NCBI GenBank assembly: GCA_963817895.1
Contig: CAWFQB010000001.1
Span: 704,001 to 768,000 of the forward strand
DNA from: an uncultured Chthonomonadaceae bacterium
GTDB taxonomy: Bacteria > Armatimonadota > Chthonomonadetes > Chthonomonadales > Chthonomonadaceae
DNA: 64,000 bases
Reading direction: 5' to 3'
The notes under the pieces are model-generated. The model ran no database searches. It was not told the origin of the DNA and was given only the letters and a program-made list of their open reading frames with translations. This document shows positions 38,588-49,344 of the stretch, piece after piece. The stretch's first letter is position 1, and every line of letters begins with the position of its first letter. A program made the translations under genes and the position numbers.

Positions 38588-39184
38588 TCAGAGCGTGGAA
38601 ACATCGTCACGAAACAGATTGCGCAGAGGAAATGTGAAACCGGGCAGAACATCCTCGCCTGTGAGCGTATCGTTCACGCCGAGTTGTTGGGGCGCTTCGC
38701 CGGGACGGTAGACAGTTAAAATTTGTGGTGTCGGATTGAGTTCCCAACCGAGACATACACCCGCCCGAATCCAGCGATTCATTTTCGCCTGTGATTTGGG
38801 AGTCGTGTCACCGGGCGAGCGTACTTCCAATACCAGATCAGGAACCAGTCGCCAATAGTTTTTAGGCAAGGGGTTGGGAACGCGGTCCGCGCGGATAAAC
38901 GCGAAGTCGGGCGCAATAGACGTGTCAGGGTTGTGCGCGATTACGAAGCGCGTTTCTGCGGCAAAACATCGCCCTAATCTGTGCTGCCGGACAAACCAAC
39001 CGACTTCCAGCGATAAATCCATTGTGATACTGCCGTGTTCGCCTCCGGGCATAGAAGTCACCTCCACTAATCTGCCTTCAATCAAGTCCATCCGTATGCC
39101 ACGAGCCTTGAACTGGCTCTCCATCTGTTCGTATTCATCCGCCGTTACCAGTTTGACGGCTTCCATCACCTGAGTCGCTGTCAT
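38588..39184 (-). CDS. Uma2-family (DUF820) protein, tandem paralog of 36863..37444
   Basis: APDFAF, VPDLVLEVRSPGD, NDTLTGEDVLPGFTFPL shared with the paralog. Confidence 0.92.
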   Translation of the reverse strand: MTATQVMEAVKLVTADEYEQMESQFKARGIRMDLIEGRLVEVTSMPGGEHGSITMDLSLEVGWFVRQHRLGRCFAAETRFVIAHNPDTSIAPDFAFIRADRVPNPLPKNYWRLVPDLVLEVRSPGDTTPKSQAKMNRWIRAGVCLGWELNPTPQILTVYRPGEAPQQLGVNDTLTGEDVLPGFTFPLRNLFRDDVSTL

Positions 39185-39322
39185 GTCTTACCTCGCTTTC
39201 ATTCAGAAATACGCATCGAAAACCATGAGGGAACGTTCTTTCTAGTATAGCACGTCCTACACATAGCGTATTATGCAAAATACAATGACACAGCAAAAAC
39301 CGGAAGAGGAGAAACAGCCCTT

Positions 39323-39580
39323 ATGAAAGCGCAAGTGGAAGGAATGAGGCCGGGGGAACCGAGAATCACGGATGATCAGGGGCGGCGTATCGCGCTCGTA
39401 TTACGGCTGGTTCCCGAAAGCCCCGAAGAGGTGGCGGAACTGAAACGCTTTTGCCGCCTGACGGACGCCTTCACATTCATCATTGACGAAGAGTACCGCA
39501 CAAATCAGGCGCATATCGCCCCGGTTTATGGTGAGCGCACGTTCAGCATCGTGCCGCGCCATGTGGAAGAGATGGAATAA
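39323..39580 (+). CDS. Hypothetical protein (85 aa)
   Basis: GAGGAG RBS; fills the gap between neighbours; no motif recognised. Confidence 0.6.
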   Translation: MKAQVEGMRPGEPRITDDQGRRIALVLRLVPESPEEVAELKRFCRLTDAFTFIIDEEYRTNQAHIAPVYGERTFSIVPRHVEEME

Positions 39581-39664
39581 ATCGCGGGGTAGCAGGAATC
39601 ACGCCTGCTGGCCGCGAACTCCATTTCAACACCTGCTCTTGTTGATTTTAAGAAGGGGATTACG

Positions 39665-41431
39665 ATGCTAAATGAGCCGCGCCGAACGATTCAAAACACA
39701 GGTCTGTGGAAACGATGCCTGACAAGTCTGCGCTTTTTGTGCGGCATGGCGTGTCTGAGCGCGTTGGCGGTGGGCGCGCGGGCGCAGGTCGTTGTCAAGG
39801 GCGAACTCGTGCCGCGCAAGGAGACCGATGAGATCGCCGCGCCCGACCCGATGAAACTCAGCGACATTGTGCGCGTCAAGGCCGAAGCGGACAGCAAATC
39901 GGGCATTGAGCGCATCACCTTTGAGGTGGACGATCAGTTCCGCGCCGAAGCCAAACAGCCGCCGTATCTGTTCGATTGGGACACGCTCAACGAAAACGAC
40001 GGGCAGCATACGATTGCCATCACCGCCTACAACGTCAACGGGCAGACCGGCATTCAGCGGCTCAAAATGACGGTAGAAAACAAACTCAGTCTTGGTATCA
40101 AGCACTGGGTCAAGGATGGGCTGGCCGCGTTCGGGCGCAACGACCTGCGAACGCTGGACAAGGACGCTCGTAAATCCTTCAAAATCAGCCGTATTGACGT
40201 GGACGCGGTCCGCCTGATGGCGCTCAATCTCGGCGCGAAGGGGGATATTGGCGGCGGACTGCGCCTGCTGGACGATCAGCAAATCGGGGTTCCCAAAGAA
40301 GAGCCGTTTACGCTGCGCATCCGGGGCTATCTGGCCCTGTTCCAGAGCGTCAATCAGGGCAACAACGTGCAGATGGTGCAGGAGATGGACAGGGGCTTCG
40401 ATCTCGTGCGCAGGCAGTTCAACGCGGAACTGGCGGACGTGACGAAAACCTATCCTGAATCCTCTACGGACTCCTCCGGGCAGATCGCGCGGGGCGACAT
40501 TCTTTTCCAGCAGCATGCGTATGAACCGGCCCTTGCCGCGTATGAGAAAGCCGCCGGACTGACGCAGAACCGCAGCGACAAACGGCGCGCTCAGTGCCGC
40601 GTGTGCATGAGCCTGCTGCGCCTGAGCCGCGTGGCCGAAGCGGAAAACTTGGCCCGGCGTGTGAACAACAGCGCGGACGCGACGGATACCACGCAGGCGA
40701 TGCTGGCCGCCGCCCTGTTCCAGAAGCGCAAATACGCCGAAGCCCGCGAAACCGCCCGCCCCGCCGCGCAATCCAAAAACATCGTCGGCCTTGTCGTGGC
40801 GTCCCTGTCCGATCTTGCCATGAACGATAAGCAGTTGGGCATGAAGGAGGCGCAGCAGGCGTTCGCGATTGTGGATATTCCCGAAACGCAGTACGCTCTG
40901 AGCGCGGCCCTTGCCGACAACGGCAATCAGGACGGAGCCAAGCGTGGTTTCCGCTCGGCCTTTCTCCGCGCCCCGTTTTTCAGCCAGACGCTGGTAGAGC
41001 GCGCGTGGGAGATTATGGCCTACGACAATTCTGACGAGCGATTCGCGCAGGCGGGCAACATTCTTGATCTTGTTTTGTCGGCGGAACCCGATAACGTTTG
41101 CGCCCTTGCCGCCCGCGCCGTTGCCCTGCTACAACTGAAGCGCTATCAGACGGCCTCGCCTTTAGTTGCCCGTCTTGCGGGAGCCGACCCGCTGGCCCCC
41201 GATACCATGCTGCTGAAAGCCATCACAACGGCGAAAGGCGACCCATCCCATGCCGCCATCAAGCCCGCGCTGGAATACGCGACTAAAACCGACCCGGCCA
41301 ACTATAAAGAGGCGTTTCTGCCGCCCATGCCAACGCTCGTTTCCCGTATTGCCCGCCTGCGCCGCGTCGTGCCGCTCACGCCCGACCTGCTCGACGCCTC
41401 CGACGGCCTGATACAGATAGCGAGTAATTGA
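39665..41431 (+). CDS. Secreted protein with a bacterial Ig-like domain and TPR-like repeats
   Basis: Signal peptide; GIERITFEVDD...PPYLFDWDT...DGQHTIAITAY; helical repeats downstream. Confidence 0.8.
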   Translation: MLNEPRRTIQNTGLWKRCLTSLRFLCGMACLSALAVGARAQVVVKGELVPRKETDEIAAPDPMKLSDIVRVKAEADSKSGIERITFEVDDQFRAEAKQPPYLFDWDTLNENDGQHTIAITAYNVNGQTGIQRLKMTVENKLSLGIKHWVKDGLAAFGRNDLRTLDKDARKSFKISRIDVDAVRLMALNLGAKGDIGGGLRLLDDQQIGVPKEEPFTLRIRGYLALFQSVNQGNNVQMVQEMDRGFDLVRRQFNAELADVTKTYPESSTDSSGQIARGDILFQQHAYEPALAAYEKAAGLTQNRSDKRRAQCRVCMSLLRLSRVAEAENLARRVNNSADATDTTQAMLAAALFQKRKYAEARETARPAAQSKNIVGLVVASLSDLAMNDKQLGMKEAQQAFAIVDIPETQYALSAALADNGNQDGAKRGFRSAFLRAPFFSQTLVERAWEIMAYDNSDERFAQAGNILDLVLSAEPDNVCALAARAVALLQLKRYQTASPLVARLAGADPLAPDTMLLKAITTAKGDPSHAAIKPALEYATKTDPANYKEAFLPPMPTLVSRIARLRRVVPLTPDLLDASDGLIQIASN

Positions 41432-41478
41432 GTTGTCAGGTTGTCAGGTTGTTAGTTGTTAGTTGTTAGTTGTTAGGT
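41432..41478. repeat. (GTTGTYA[G])n tandem array directly after a stop codon
   Basis: GTTGTCAGGTTGTCAGGTTGTTAGTTGTTAGTTGTTAGTTGTTAGGT. Confidence 0.9.
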
Positions 41479-41521
41479 TCGTGCCTGTTGAAATAAAACC
41501 CTGCCACTTCAAAAACAAGTC

Positions 41522-41612
41522 CGTAGGGACACAACTTGTTGTGTCCTCCTCCGGTTGAGGAGGGCGCGGACACAACCATGCTCATGCGGACACAACAAGT
41601 TGTGTCCCTACG
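41522..41612. repeat. GTAG-type REP doublet (REPIN-like)
   Basis: CGTAGGGACACAACTTGTTGTGTCC (41522-41546) and its exact reverse complement (41588-41612). Confidence 0.9.
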
Positions 41613-41660
41613 TAACGGTATGGGTAATAGGGTTTTGTTTTAGGGAGGGGCGCGTATAAC

Positions 41661-42902
41661 ATGCAAAAGCGTCGGGTTCTACAGGTGCTGGCGGCGGGGC
41701 TTCTGCTGACGCTTGCGGCGGAGGTTCTGATGCCGCGCGAACGACTGCTGAGTCATTCCTCCGTACAGGTTGCTTCCCTGAAAGATTGCGTGGCGACGGA
41801 CAGCGTCGTCGGCTCTGATTCAGAAGGTTACGCCTGGCTGTCCAACGACGAACTGCTGATTTTACGCGCCAAACCGCAACCAACCGGACTGGCGCAGGTG
41901 GAAGCGTTTCGGCACGATGTTCACACGCAGCGGGAAACACCGCTTGCTGACTTCAACCGTCGGCAGGCGAACGCGCTTGTCAGCACAAGCAGCTACCCTG
42001 CTGATCCCGGCAACCCCTACACGCGGGAGGGACTGGACAACGCACGCCTGTCCCCGGACCGGCAGCCATTGCTATGGTTTTATGGCCCATATCAGCATTG
42101 GAATTGGCATGTGGCGCGGCTGGATGGCACAACCGTCACCGACTTCAAAAACACTGACAAAAAGCCGAATTTCTCATGCGTCAACTGGCTGCCGGACAAC
42201 CGGCAATGGGTTTCTACAAATTCAATTCCGCTTTACTATCCGTCTAACTCCACTGCGCTTTTAGACCTGCGTTTCTATTCCACCGATCCTAAAAGCGGCA
42301 TTGTAAAGAAAACATTAGATTCTTTTCAAGCCTCGCGTCCCCTGGCATTTTTGCGCAATGGACACCTGTTGTCCACATGCGCGCCTGGTGGCTTGAGCGT
42401 GAAGTCTAAGAACGGGCCTGATGGTCTGCTTCTGAATATGGGCGAGGCGCTCTGTAAGCGCGACATAGACCCGCCCTGGCACTACAAACAGCTTGACAGC
42501 ATTTTTTACGACATCTTGCTGCCCGGCGTGGACAGCGTCAATGAAATCGTCGTTTCGTCGGATGAGACGCGTTTTGCCCTGTTCTGCCGCCTGTCGGAAT
42601 CCGCTTCCCTGTCGCCGCCCATGCAAAAATTGCGCCAATGGCTGCGTATGCCGGATCGTCATATATGGGCTATCTGTACATGCCGCATGGACGGCAGTGA
42701 CCTGCGCGAAATCGGGCATGTAGCGGAAAGCGCAAACCCTGCTTTGCCGGTGTTGCCCCCAACTGCCAGCCCGGTATTTTCTTCCATTGACATTTCCCCA
42801 CAACAGGCCGCCAAACTGCCGCACAACCTGAAATGGTCGCCCGATGACAAACACCTGACTTACTGCCAGAGCAATGCGCTTTACATGGTTCCTACCGAGT
42901 GA
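41661..42902 (+). CDS. Membrane-anchored beta-propeller-like hypothetical protein
   Basis: TM followed by PRERLL; LSPDRQ, MDGSDLREIGH, WSPDDK motifs. Confidence 0.7.
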   Translation: MQKRRVLQVLAAGLLLTLAAEVLMPRERLLSHSSVQVASLKDCVATDSVVGSDSEGYAWLSNDELLILRAKPQPTGLAQVEAFRHDVHTQRETPLADFNRRQANALVSTSSYPADPGNPYTREGLDNARLSPDRQPLLWFYGPYQHWNWHVARLDGTTVTDFKNTDKKPNFSCVNWLPDNRQWVSTNSIPLYYPSNSTALLDLRFYSTDPKSGIVKKTLDSFQASRPLAFLRNGHLLSTCAPGGLSVKSKNGPDGLLLNMGEALCKRDIDPPWHYKQLDSIFYDILLPGVDSVNEIVVSSDETRFALFCRLSESASLSPPMQKLRQWLRMPDRHIWAICTCRMDGSDLREIGHVAESANPALPVLPPTASPVFSSIDISPQQAAKLPHNLKWSPDDKHLTYCQSNALYMVPTE

Positions 42903-42915
42903 AGGAAATCTCCCA

Positions 42916-44106
42916 ATGTCCAAACCCCGCTCACCTCGAAAAAAATCTACCCGCGTCCTGTTCCTGTTTCTGGCGGTATCAGGTGCAATCGCATTGCTGT
43001 GTACCCTGTTGTGGCCGCGCGAACGCCTGCTGCTCACCATCGCGCATCCACTGCCGCTCTCCGCAGAGACTCTCTTTTCGCGGCATGACCAATCTGGTAT
43101 AGGACCGTGGCGCAACAATCGCGAGCAACTGCTGCTGCATCATACTCCGGGCGAAGACCATGATACCGTGTGGGTACGGGACGTATGGACAGAGCAGGAA
43201 ACACTTTTACAGCCGTTCAATGACCACTTCGCGTCCCAACTTAAACTCATTCCCCGGGCATCGGCGCAACGCAACGCGGCAGGCGGAAGTAAACCGCTGG
43301 ATTGCCTGCTGCCGACGCAGCAAGTTTCTCCCGATGGCAAATGGCTGCTGTGTCGGGACGGAAACATTTGGCGCGTGTTCGCAATGGATGGAAGCGCGCG
43401 ACGCGAATGGCCGCGCGACCCGCAGGAGAACAAATACCGCCGCTCTGTTAATTGGAGCTTCGGCGGGCAAGGCTGGTTTCAGCCGCGCTATGATTTCACG
43501 TTTCACATCAACGGCGCGATGCTGCATTCGCTGGAATTTAACGCGCCGGAGGGGGAACGCCTGTTCGCGCAATCCGGCGGAGGCTGGGTACTGGGCACAA
43601 CCCGCGAACGCCATCTGCTGACCTACAATCTTCAGTATGGCGCGACGTTTAATCCGTATACGCTGTATGACACGGATTTGGAAACCAACCACGCCCCCAC
43701 GCGCAAACTCAGTATTCCCCTGCCGCCGGGAACTTCGGGCGCGGACGTTCGGCTTTCGCCGGACGGGACGCGCCTGTTGTGGAACCTGCAAATCCGGCAG
43801 CAACCGCCTGGGTCGCCCCCCATACAAACCCTCCTGCGCCGGTTGGGCATGAAGACCCGGCTGCAAAACGCTTTGTGGGTCAGCAATACGGACGGAACCA
43901 ATCTGCGCGAAGTGGGACACATCACGGCGGACTTAATTCCCCCGCCCCCGCCCGCGAAATTCGCCGTGACAACTGTTCTCCGTATCCAGTTTCAGCAACA
44001 ACTACAGCAGCAGGCTGTGCGCCTTTACGGTATCCAGTGGCTTCCCGACAGCAAACACGCCCTGTTTTTACGCGGCAATGAGGTTTACACGGTGGATGTA
44101 GAATAA
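42916..44106 (+). CDS. Paralog of 41661..42902
   Basis: TM followed by PRERLL; VSPDGKWLL, TDGTNLREVGH, WLPDSK motifs. Confidence 0.7.
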   Translation: MSKPRSPRKKSTRVLFLFLAVSGAIALLCTLLWPRERLLLTIAHPLPLSAETLFSRHDQSGIGPWRNNREQLLLHHTPGEDHDTVWVRDVWTEQETLLQPFNDHFASQLKLIPRASAQRNAAGGSKPLDCLLPTQQVSPDGKWLLCRDGNIWRVFAMDGSARREWPRDPQENKYRRSVNWSFGGQGWFQPRYDFTFHINGAMLHSLEFNAPEGERLFAQSGGGWVLGTTRERHLLTYNLQYGATFNPYTLYDTDLETNHAPTRKLSIPLPPGTSGADVRLSPDGTRLLWNLQIRQQPPGSPPIQTLLRRLGMKTRLQNALWVSNTDGTNLREVGHITADLIPPPPPAKFAVTTVLRIQFQQQLQQQAVRLYGIQWLPDSKHALFLRGNEVYTVDVE

Positions 44107-44124
44107 TGGCGCTTTGAAAAGATT

Positions 44125-45963
44125 TTACTTTTCTGACTGTTGCGAAATGGCTCCCTGCTGAGACGGGAGGCGTGTGCCGCAGTGGGGACAAAAGAGAGCG
44201 CGAGTTTGTTGGCCTTCTGTATGCGCCCCGAACAAATGTAAGGGGAGAACGACCCTGTTTCCGCAGCCGGCGCACGTCACTGCTTGTGGTTGAGCCGCGC
44301 CGCACTGCTGACAGAAGGGAGCGTCCGGCACGATTCGGCCACAGGCTATGCAATGAATTTCGCCCCTGCCCGCCGGAATTGCCAGAGTTTGGAGGGCAGA
44401 GGCAAAAGAAGTGAGTTCCACGCGCAAATTCGTAATCTGCGATTCCAGGCGTTCCCGAAACGCATCCGCTTTGCGCTCGATGTCGTTGTACATCGCGCCG
44501 ACGCCCGACCTCTCCTGCTCGGGTATGTAGTCCAGTCGTTTTGCGACCTCCTCGTATTCCTTCAACAATCCGCTTACGGGTTCGCGGGCGCGTTTCAATC
44601 GGGCGCATATCGGAGCCTGTTCCGCTTCTTGCGCCGATTTCAGGTACTCGGCGGCCTGGGCATCGGCCTGAGCCAATTCCGCGATTTGCGCGCCCATGTC
44701 GGTTGTAATTTTTGTCGCGAGGGCGCGACGCCGGTTGGCATACGCGGTTTCCTGCTCTTGATGATGCCGCTCCCTGCCTCCCGCCCACGCCTGATACGAA
44801 AGCGTCAGGTACGCGATTACGGCAATCGCCGCTCCAATGAAAACGTAGTCTCGCCACCCTCCCCCGTACACGCCATTAACCACCAGTCCAAGCGTGAAAA
44901 CCGCGAGGGGAATCACCCGCGTAATCGCAAAGCGGCGGTTCAGAACGCGGGACACATGCAGGACCAGCAGGGGCAGCGAAAACACGGCCGCGACCAGCAT
45001 GGAAACCGGCGTTGCAAGCCTGCCATGAAATTCTAGAACGGCAAAAATAATGAAAAACAGGGAGTAGGTCAGGGTAAGAAGCAGAAAATGCCCCCAGCGA
45101 AAGCTATCCAGTTGCCCCGGCCTGGTCTGTTCGCTCAGATACCAGAAGCCGGCTCCAAACAGCAGCACGGCCAGGGCGACCAGGCGCGACAGCAGCAGTA
45201 CGTGCGCAAGAGGAGCCTGTTCGCCCGGTATCAGCACAGCGATTTGCCGGTCACTGACGAGGTTCTTGAACTCCCATCGTATCTGTTCCGGGCTGGACGC
45301 GCTGGGCTGGAGAGCGTCATCGGGAATGGCGCGGGCCTGTTCGCCCGGCAAGTTCAGAGTGATGGAAACCGACCGAAGCTGGCGGGCGGGCGGAAGCGGA
45401 TAATTCAACTGTTCGCGGCCCAGCGCGGTAAAACTTACGTCTGCGGTCAGCGCCTGCCCCCGCGCCATGTCGCAAACGCAGTAAATGCCCTTTTTTGAGT
45501 AAGCCACTTCGGTGAGCGAAATCGGCTGGGCGCTTCCACGCCGGAATACCTTCAATTGCACGTCGCGGGCTTCGAGGGCGTTGTCAGGAAAAGGGATGAG
45601 GAGCAACACGCGGTTATCCTTCGCCCCACCGGAGGCTTGAAACACAATCTGCCCCGCGCAGTCCAGACGATAGCGCGTAAATACGTCCATGCCGATGCGA
45701 TGGTAACTCGCGGTGAGGGTCATTTTCAGGTCAACGGTGTCCACAACAGGAAGCGCCCCGGATGGAAGAACGGTCCTGTCCGCTTCCCCCTGCAGGCGTA
45801 GCGGCTTCGACGCGGCCTGTTGCTCGGCGATCTGTCTGGCTTCGTCGCGCGCCTGAATGAACAGCGGGAAAAGCAGGCCGGAGAGTATGGCGACAATAGC
45901 GACCACGACGAGCAGTTCGATCAGCGTAAAAGCGCTTCGAGGAGTGAATTTATTTTTTGCCAC
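44125..45963 (-). CDS. Prepilin-leader multi-TM membrane protein with C-terminal zinc ribbons
   Basis: [17 protein letters not shown]; about six hydrophobic segments; coiled coil; CIAC, CQQC, CAGC, CPHC. Confidence 0.75.
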   Translation of the reverse strand: MAKNKFTPRSAFTLIELLVVVAIVAILSGLLFPLFIQARDEARQIAEQQAASKPLRLQGEADRTVLPSGALPVVDTVDLKMTLTASYHRIGMDVFTRYRLDCAGQIVFQASGGAKDNRVLLLIPFPDNALEARDVQLKVFRRGSAQPISLTEVAYSKKGIYCVCDMARGQALTADVSFTALGREQLNYPLPPARQLRSVSITLNLPGEQARAIPDDALQPSASSPEQIRWEFKNLVSDRQIAVLIPGEQAPLAHVLLLSRLVALAVLLFGAGFWYLSEQTRPGQLDSFRWGHFLLLTLTYSLFFIIFAVLEFHGRLATPVSMLVAAVFSLPLLVLHVSRVLNRRFAITRVIPLAVFTLGLVVNGVYGGGWRDYVFIGAAIAVIAYLTLSYQAWAGGRERHHQEQETAYANRRRALATKITTDMGAQIAELAQADAQAAEYLKSAQEAEQAPICARLKRAREPVSGLLKEYEEVAKRLDYIPEQERSGVGAMYNDIERKADAFRERLESQITNLRVELTSFASALQTLAIPAGRGEIHCIACGRIVPDAPFCQQCGAAQPQAVTCAGCGNRVVLPLHLFGAHTEGQQTRALFCPHCGTRLPSQQGAISQQSEK

Positions 45964-46265
45964 CGTAGTATCCCTTCGCGCCTTTCGGCGGGTCTTCCAA
46001 CCGCCGCCATTGCGCCTTCACACCGGTTTGTTTACGCCAGTTCCTCACGCCTGTGACAAAAACCTGCCGCGTTATAATGATCCTCGTCAATGTTTCGCGT
46101 CCATGTTCCCCATTCCAAGCTTTCAACCAACCGAGCCTTGACTTTTGGACGGCGGAAACGGTATGATACAACTACCTTTGTCTTAAAAACCGAGCCGTTC
46201 AACGCAGAACGCCGCTCATTTCTCTGTCCATCAACACGCAGTCAACACGATGCCGTAAATGCCCT

Positions 46266-49194
46266 ATGAACGACCTGAACATTTTTCATGGCCCCAACGC
46301 CGGATATGCCGAGGAACTCTACGACCGCTACCGGCAAGACCCCGCTTCAGTGGATGCCACAACCCGCGCCTTTTTTGACGCCTACGCTGCATCGTTGTTG
46401 CCACACGCCCGCAATGGAAACGGTCAGGGAAAAGGGAAAAGGGAAAAGGGAACAGAAGAGATACGAGATACGAGATACGAGATACGAGTAGAAGAGAATT
46501 CATCCCTCATCCCTCATCCCTCATCCTTGCCTTCAGAAGCCATGCGCCTTGCCGCCGCCTCACAACGATTGGCGCGGCTGATACGGCAGCGGGGGCATCT
46601 GCTTGCCAGCGTGGACCCGCTTGGGTTGGCGCGTCCCGAAGACCCGCGACTGGAATTGCAGTATCATGGGCTGACCGAGGCGGACCTGGCAACCCTCCCT
46701 GCCGACCTTGTTGTGGGCGGGCCGATTGCGCGCGAAACCACCAACGCGCTGGACGCCATCACCAAACTGCGTGAACGCTATTCCGGCAACATCGGCTACG
46801 ACGACGAACATATTCAGAATCAGCAGGAGCGCTACTGGTTGCGTGAAGCGGCGGAAAGCGGCGCGTATTTTCACCCTTTGAGCAATCAGGTGAAGCGCGA
46901 CCTGCTGCACCGCCTGACCGAAGTGGACGCTTTCGAGCAGTCCATCCACACACGCTATCCCTCCAAAAAACGGTTCTCCATCGAGGGTACGGACATGCTC
47001 GTGCCGATGCTGGATGAGATGATTCGGCTGGCGGGGCGGATGGGAACCCGCGAAGTGGTCATGGGCATGGCGCACCGGGGCCGCCTGAACGTGCTTTGCA
47101 ACGTGCTGGGCAAACCCTACGCGGCGATTTTCGAGGGCTTCAAAACGATGCAGAACGATGACAACGCTTCTGTGTCGGGGCGCAGTTCGCAGGGATTTTC
47201 GGGCGATGTGAAGTACCATCTTGGCTACCAGCGCGCGTTCAAGGAAGCGGGCATTGCCGAAATGCCCATTCGCCTGATTCCCAATCCGAGCCATCTGGAA
47301 TTTGTCAATCCCGTTGCCGAAGGCCACGCCCGCGCCGCGCAGGAACAGCGCAGCCTTGTCGGCCCGCCCGCGCAGGAGCCGCGCGCCTCGCTTCCCATTC
47401 TGATACACGGCGACGCCGCCTTTCCGGGGCAGGGCGTGGTTGCCGAAACCCTGAACATGTCGCGCCTGCCCGGTTACAGCACGGGCGGCACGATCCACAT
47501 CATTTCCAACAATCAGGTCGGTTTCACCACCTCACCGGGCGAAGGCCGCTCGACGATGTACGCCAGCGACCTTGCCAAAGGCTTTGAAATTCCCGTCGTG
47601 CATGTCAACGCGGACGATCCCATCGCCTGCCTTGCGGTATCGCGCATGGCGCACGATTACCGGACGCAGTTCGGCAAGGATTTTCTGATTGATTTAGTCG
47701 GTTATCGCCGTTACGGGCATAATGAAGCCGAAGAACCCCATCTCACGCAGCCGGAAATGTACGCCGAAATCGGCCCGCATAAGCGCGTCCGCGATCTGTG
47801 GGCGGATATGCTGGTGGCGCAGGGCGTGATAACGACCGGCGAGGTGGAGGCGATGTGGGATGAGGTCATGACCCGCATGGACGCCGCATGGAACACGCCC
47901 CATCAGGCGGACGCGCATCTGGAACTCGACATCATTGTGCCGCAAACCGATCCGCGCTACGCGGAAACCGCCGTACCCGCCGCCAAACTGACCGCGTACA
48001 ATGACGTTTTATATGCCATTCCCGAAGGCTTTACGCCCGACGAGAAATTCAATCGCCGCACCCTGCAAGGGCGGCGCGACGGCTTATCCAAAAAGAACGG
48101 CATTTTGTGGGGACACGCGGAAGCCCTCGCGTTCGCGTCCATTCTCGCGGACGGCACTCCCATCCGCCTGACCGGGCAGGACGTGGAGCGCGGCACGTTC
48201 AGCCATCGCCACGCGGTTCTGCACGACATCAACAACGACAGGCGCTGGACGGCATTGCAAACCCTGCCGCAGGCGCGGGCAAGTTTCGGCATCTATAACA
48301 GCCCGCTTTCGGAACAGGCCGCGCTTGGGTTCGAGTACGGTTACAGCGTTCATGTTCCCGAAGCCCTCGTTCTGTGGGAAGCGCAGTTCGGCGACTTCGG
48401 CAACGGGGCGCAGGTGATTATTGACCAGTTCCTCTCCGCCGGTCTTGCCAAATGGCAGATTTCGCCTTCGCTCGTCCTGCTGCTGCCGCACGGCTATCAC
48501 GGACAGGGGCCGGAACACAGCAGCGCGCGTCTGGAACGGTATCTGCAACTCGCCGCCGAGGACAACCTGCGCATCGCCAACTGCACCACGCCCGCGCAAT
48601 ATTTTCATCTGCTGCGCCGTCAGGCCGCCCTGCTGACGACCGATGCCCGCCCGCTGATTGTCATGACGCCCAAAGGCCTGCTGCGCGCTCCGGTTGCCAG
48701 TTCCTCGCTTGCCGACCTGACGACGGGAACCTTTCAGCCCGTGATTGACGACGAGCGGGCGCAAACCCGCGCCCAGAGCATCACGCGCCTGATACTTGTG
48801 CAGCGGTAAAATCTACCTTGACCTCGTGTACAAGGGCGATACGAACAAGGATTTGCGTCCCGAATGGGCGCAGGCCGAGGGCGTGGCGGCTGTTCGCGTC
48901 GAAGAACTGTACCCCTTCCCGCAGCGGGAATTGCGCGACATCATCGCGGGCTACCCGAACCTGCGCGAAATCGTCTGGTTACAGGAAGAGCCGCGCAACA
49001 TGGGCGCGTGGATGTATATGCAGTCCCGTTTGCGCGAACAGGCGGACTGGACGGGCGACCTGCTGTATCGCGGCAGAGCGGAAGCGGCCAGCCCCGCCGA
49101 AGGCTCGGAAATCTGGCACGGCATCGAACAGGCCCGCATCCTGAAGACCGCCCTGGACCCTGTGCCGGTGAGAGAAGCGGTAGGAACTAAGTAG
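46266..49194 (+). CDS. sucA: 2-oxoglutarate dehydrogenase E1 (frameshift near 48798)
   Basis: KRFSIEG, GMAHRGRLN, GDVKYHLG, NPSHLE, HGDAAF, WEAQFGDF, GPEHSSARLER, then CSGKIY...QEEPRNMGAW. Confidence 0.97.
46427..46527. repeat. Three consecutive heptamer arrays in frame inside sucA
   Basis: (GGGAAAA)n, (GAGATAC)4 and (TCATCCC)n encode GKGKREKGTEEIRDTRYEIRVEENSSLIPHPSS. Confidence 0.9.
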
Positions 49195-49323
49195 ATACGA
49201 GATACGAGATACGAGATACGAGGCATCAAAAGAATAGCTTTGTTTAGTTTCCAATAAGCGCGCTCAGGACATAAATGCCCTTTCGCGTTTGCCTCTTATC
49301 TCTTATCTCGTATCTCGTATCTA
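49192..49323. repeat. 34-bp inverted (GAGATAC)n arrays between sucA and sucB
   Basis: 49192-49225 versus 49290-49323 with two mismatches; starts at the sucA TAG. Confidence 0.9.
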
Positions 49324-49344
49324 ATATCTATTCTGGAGTGTGCA

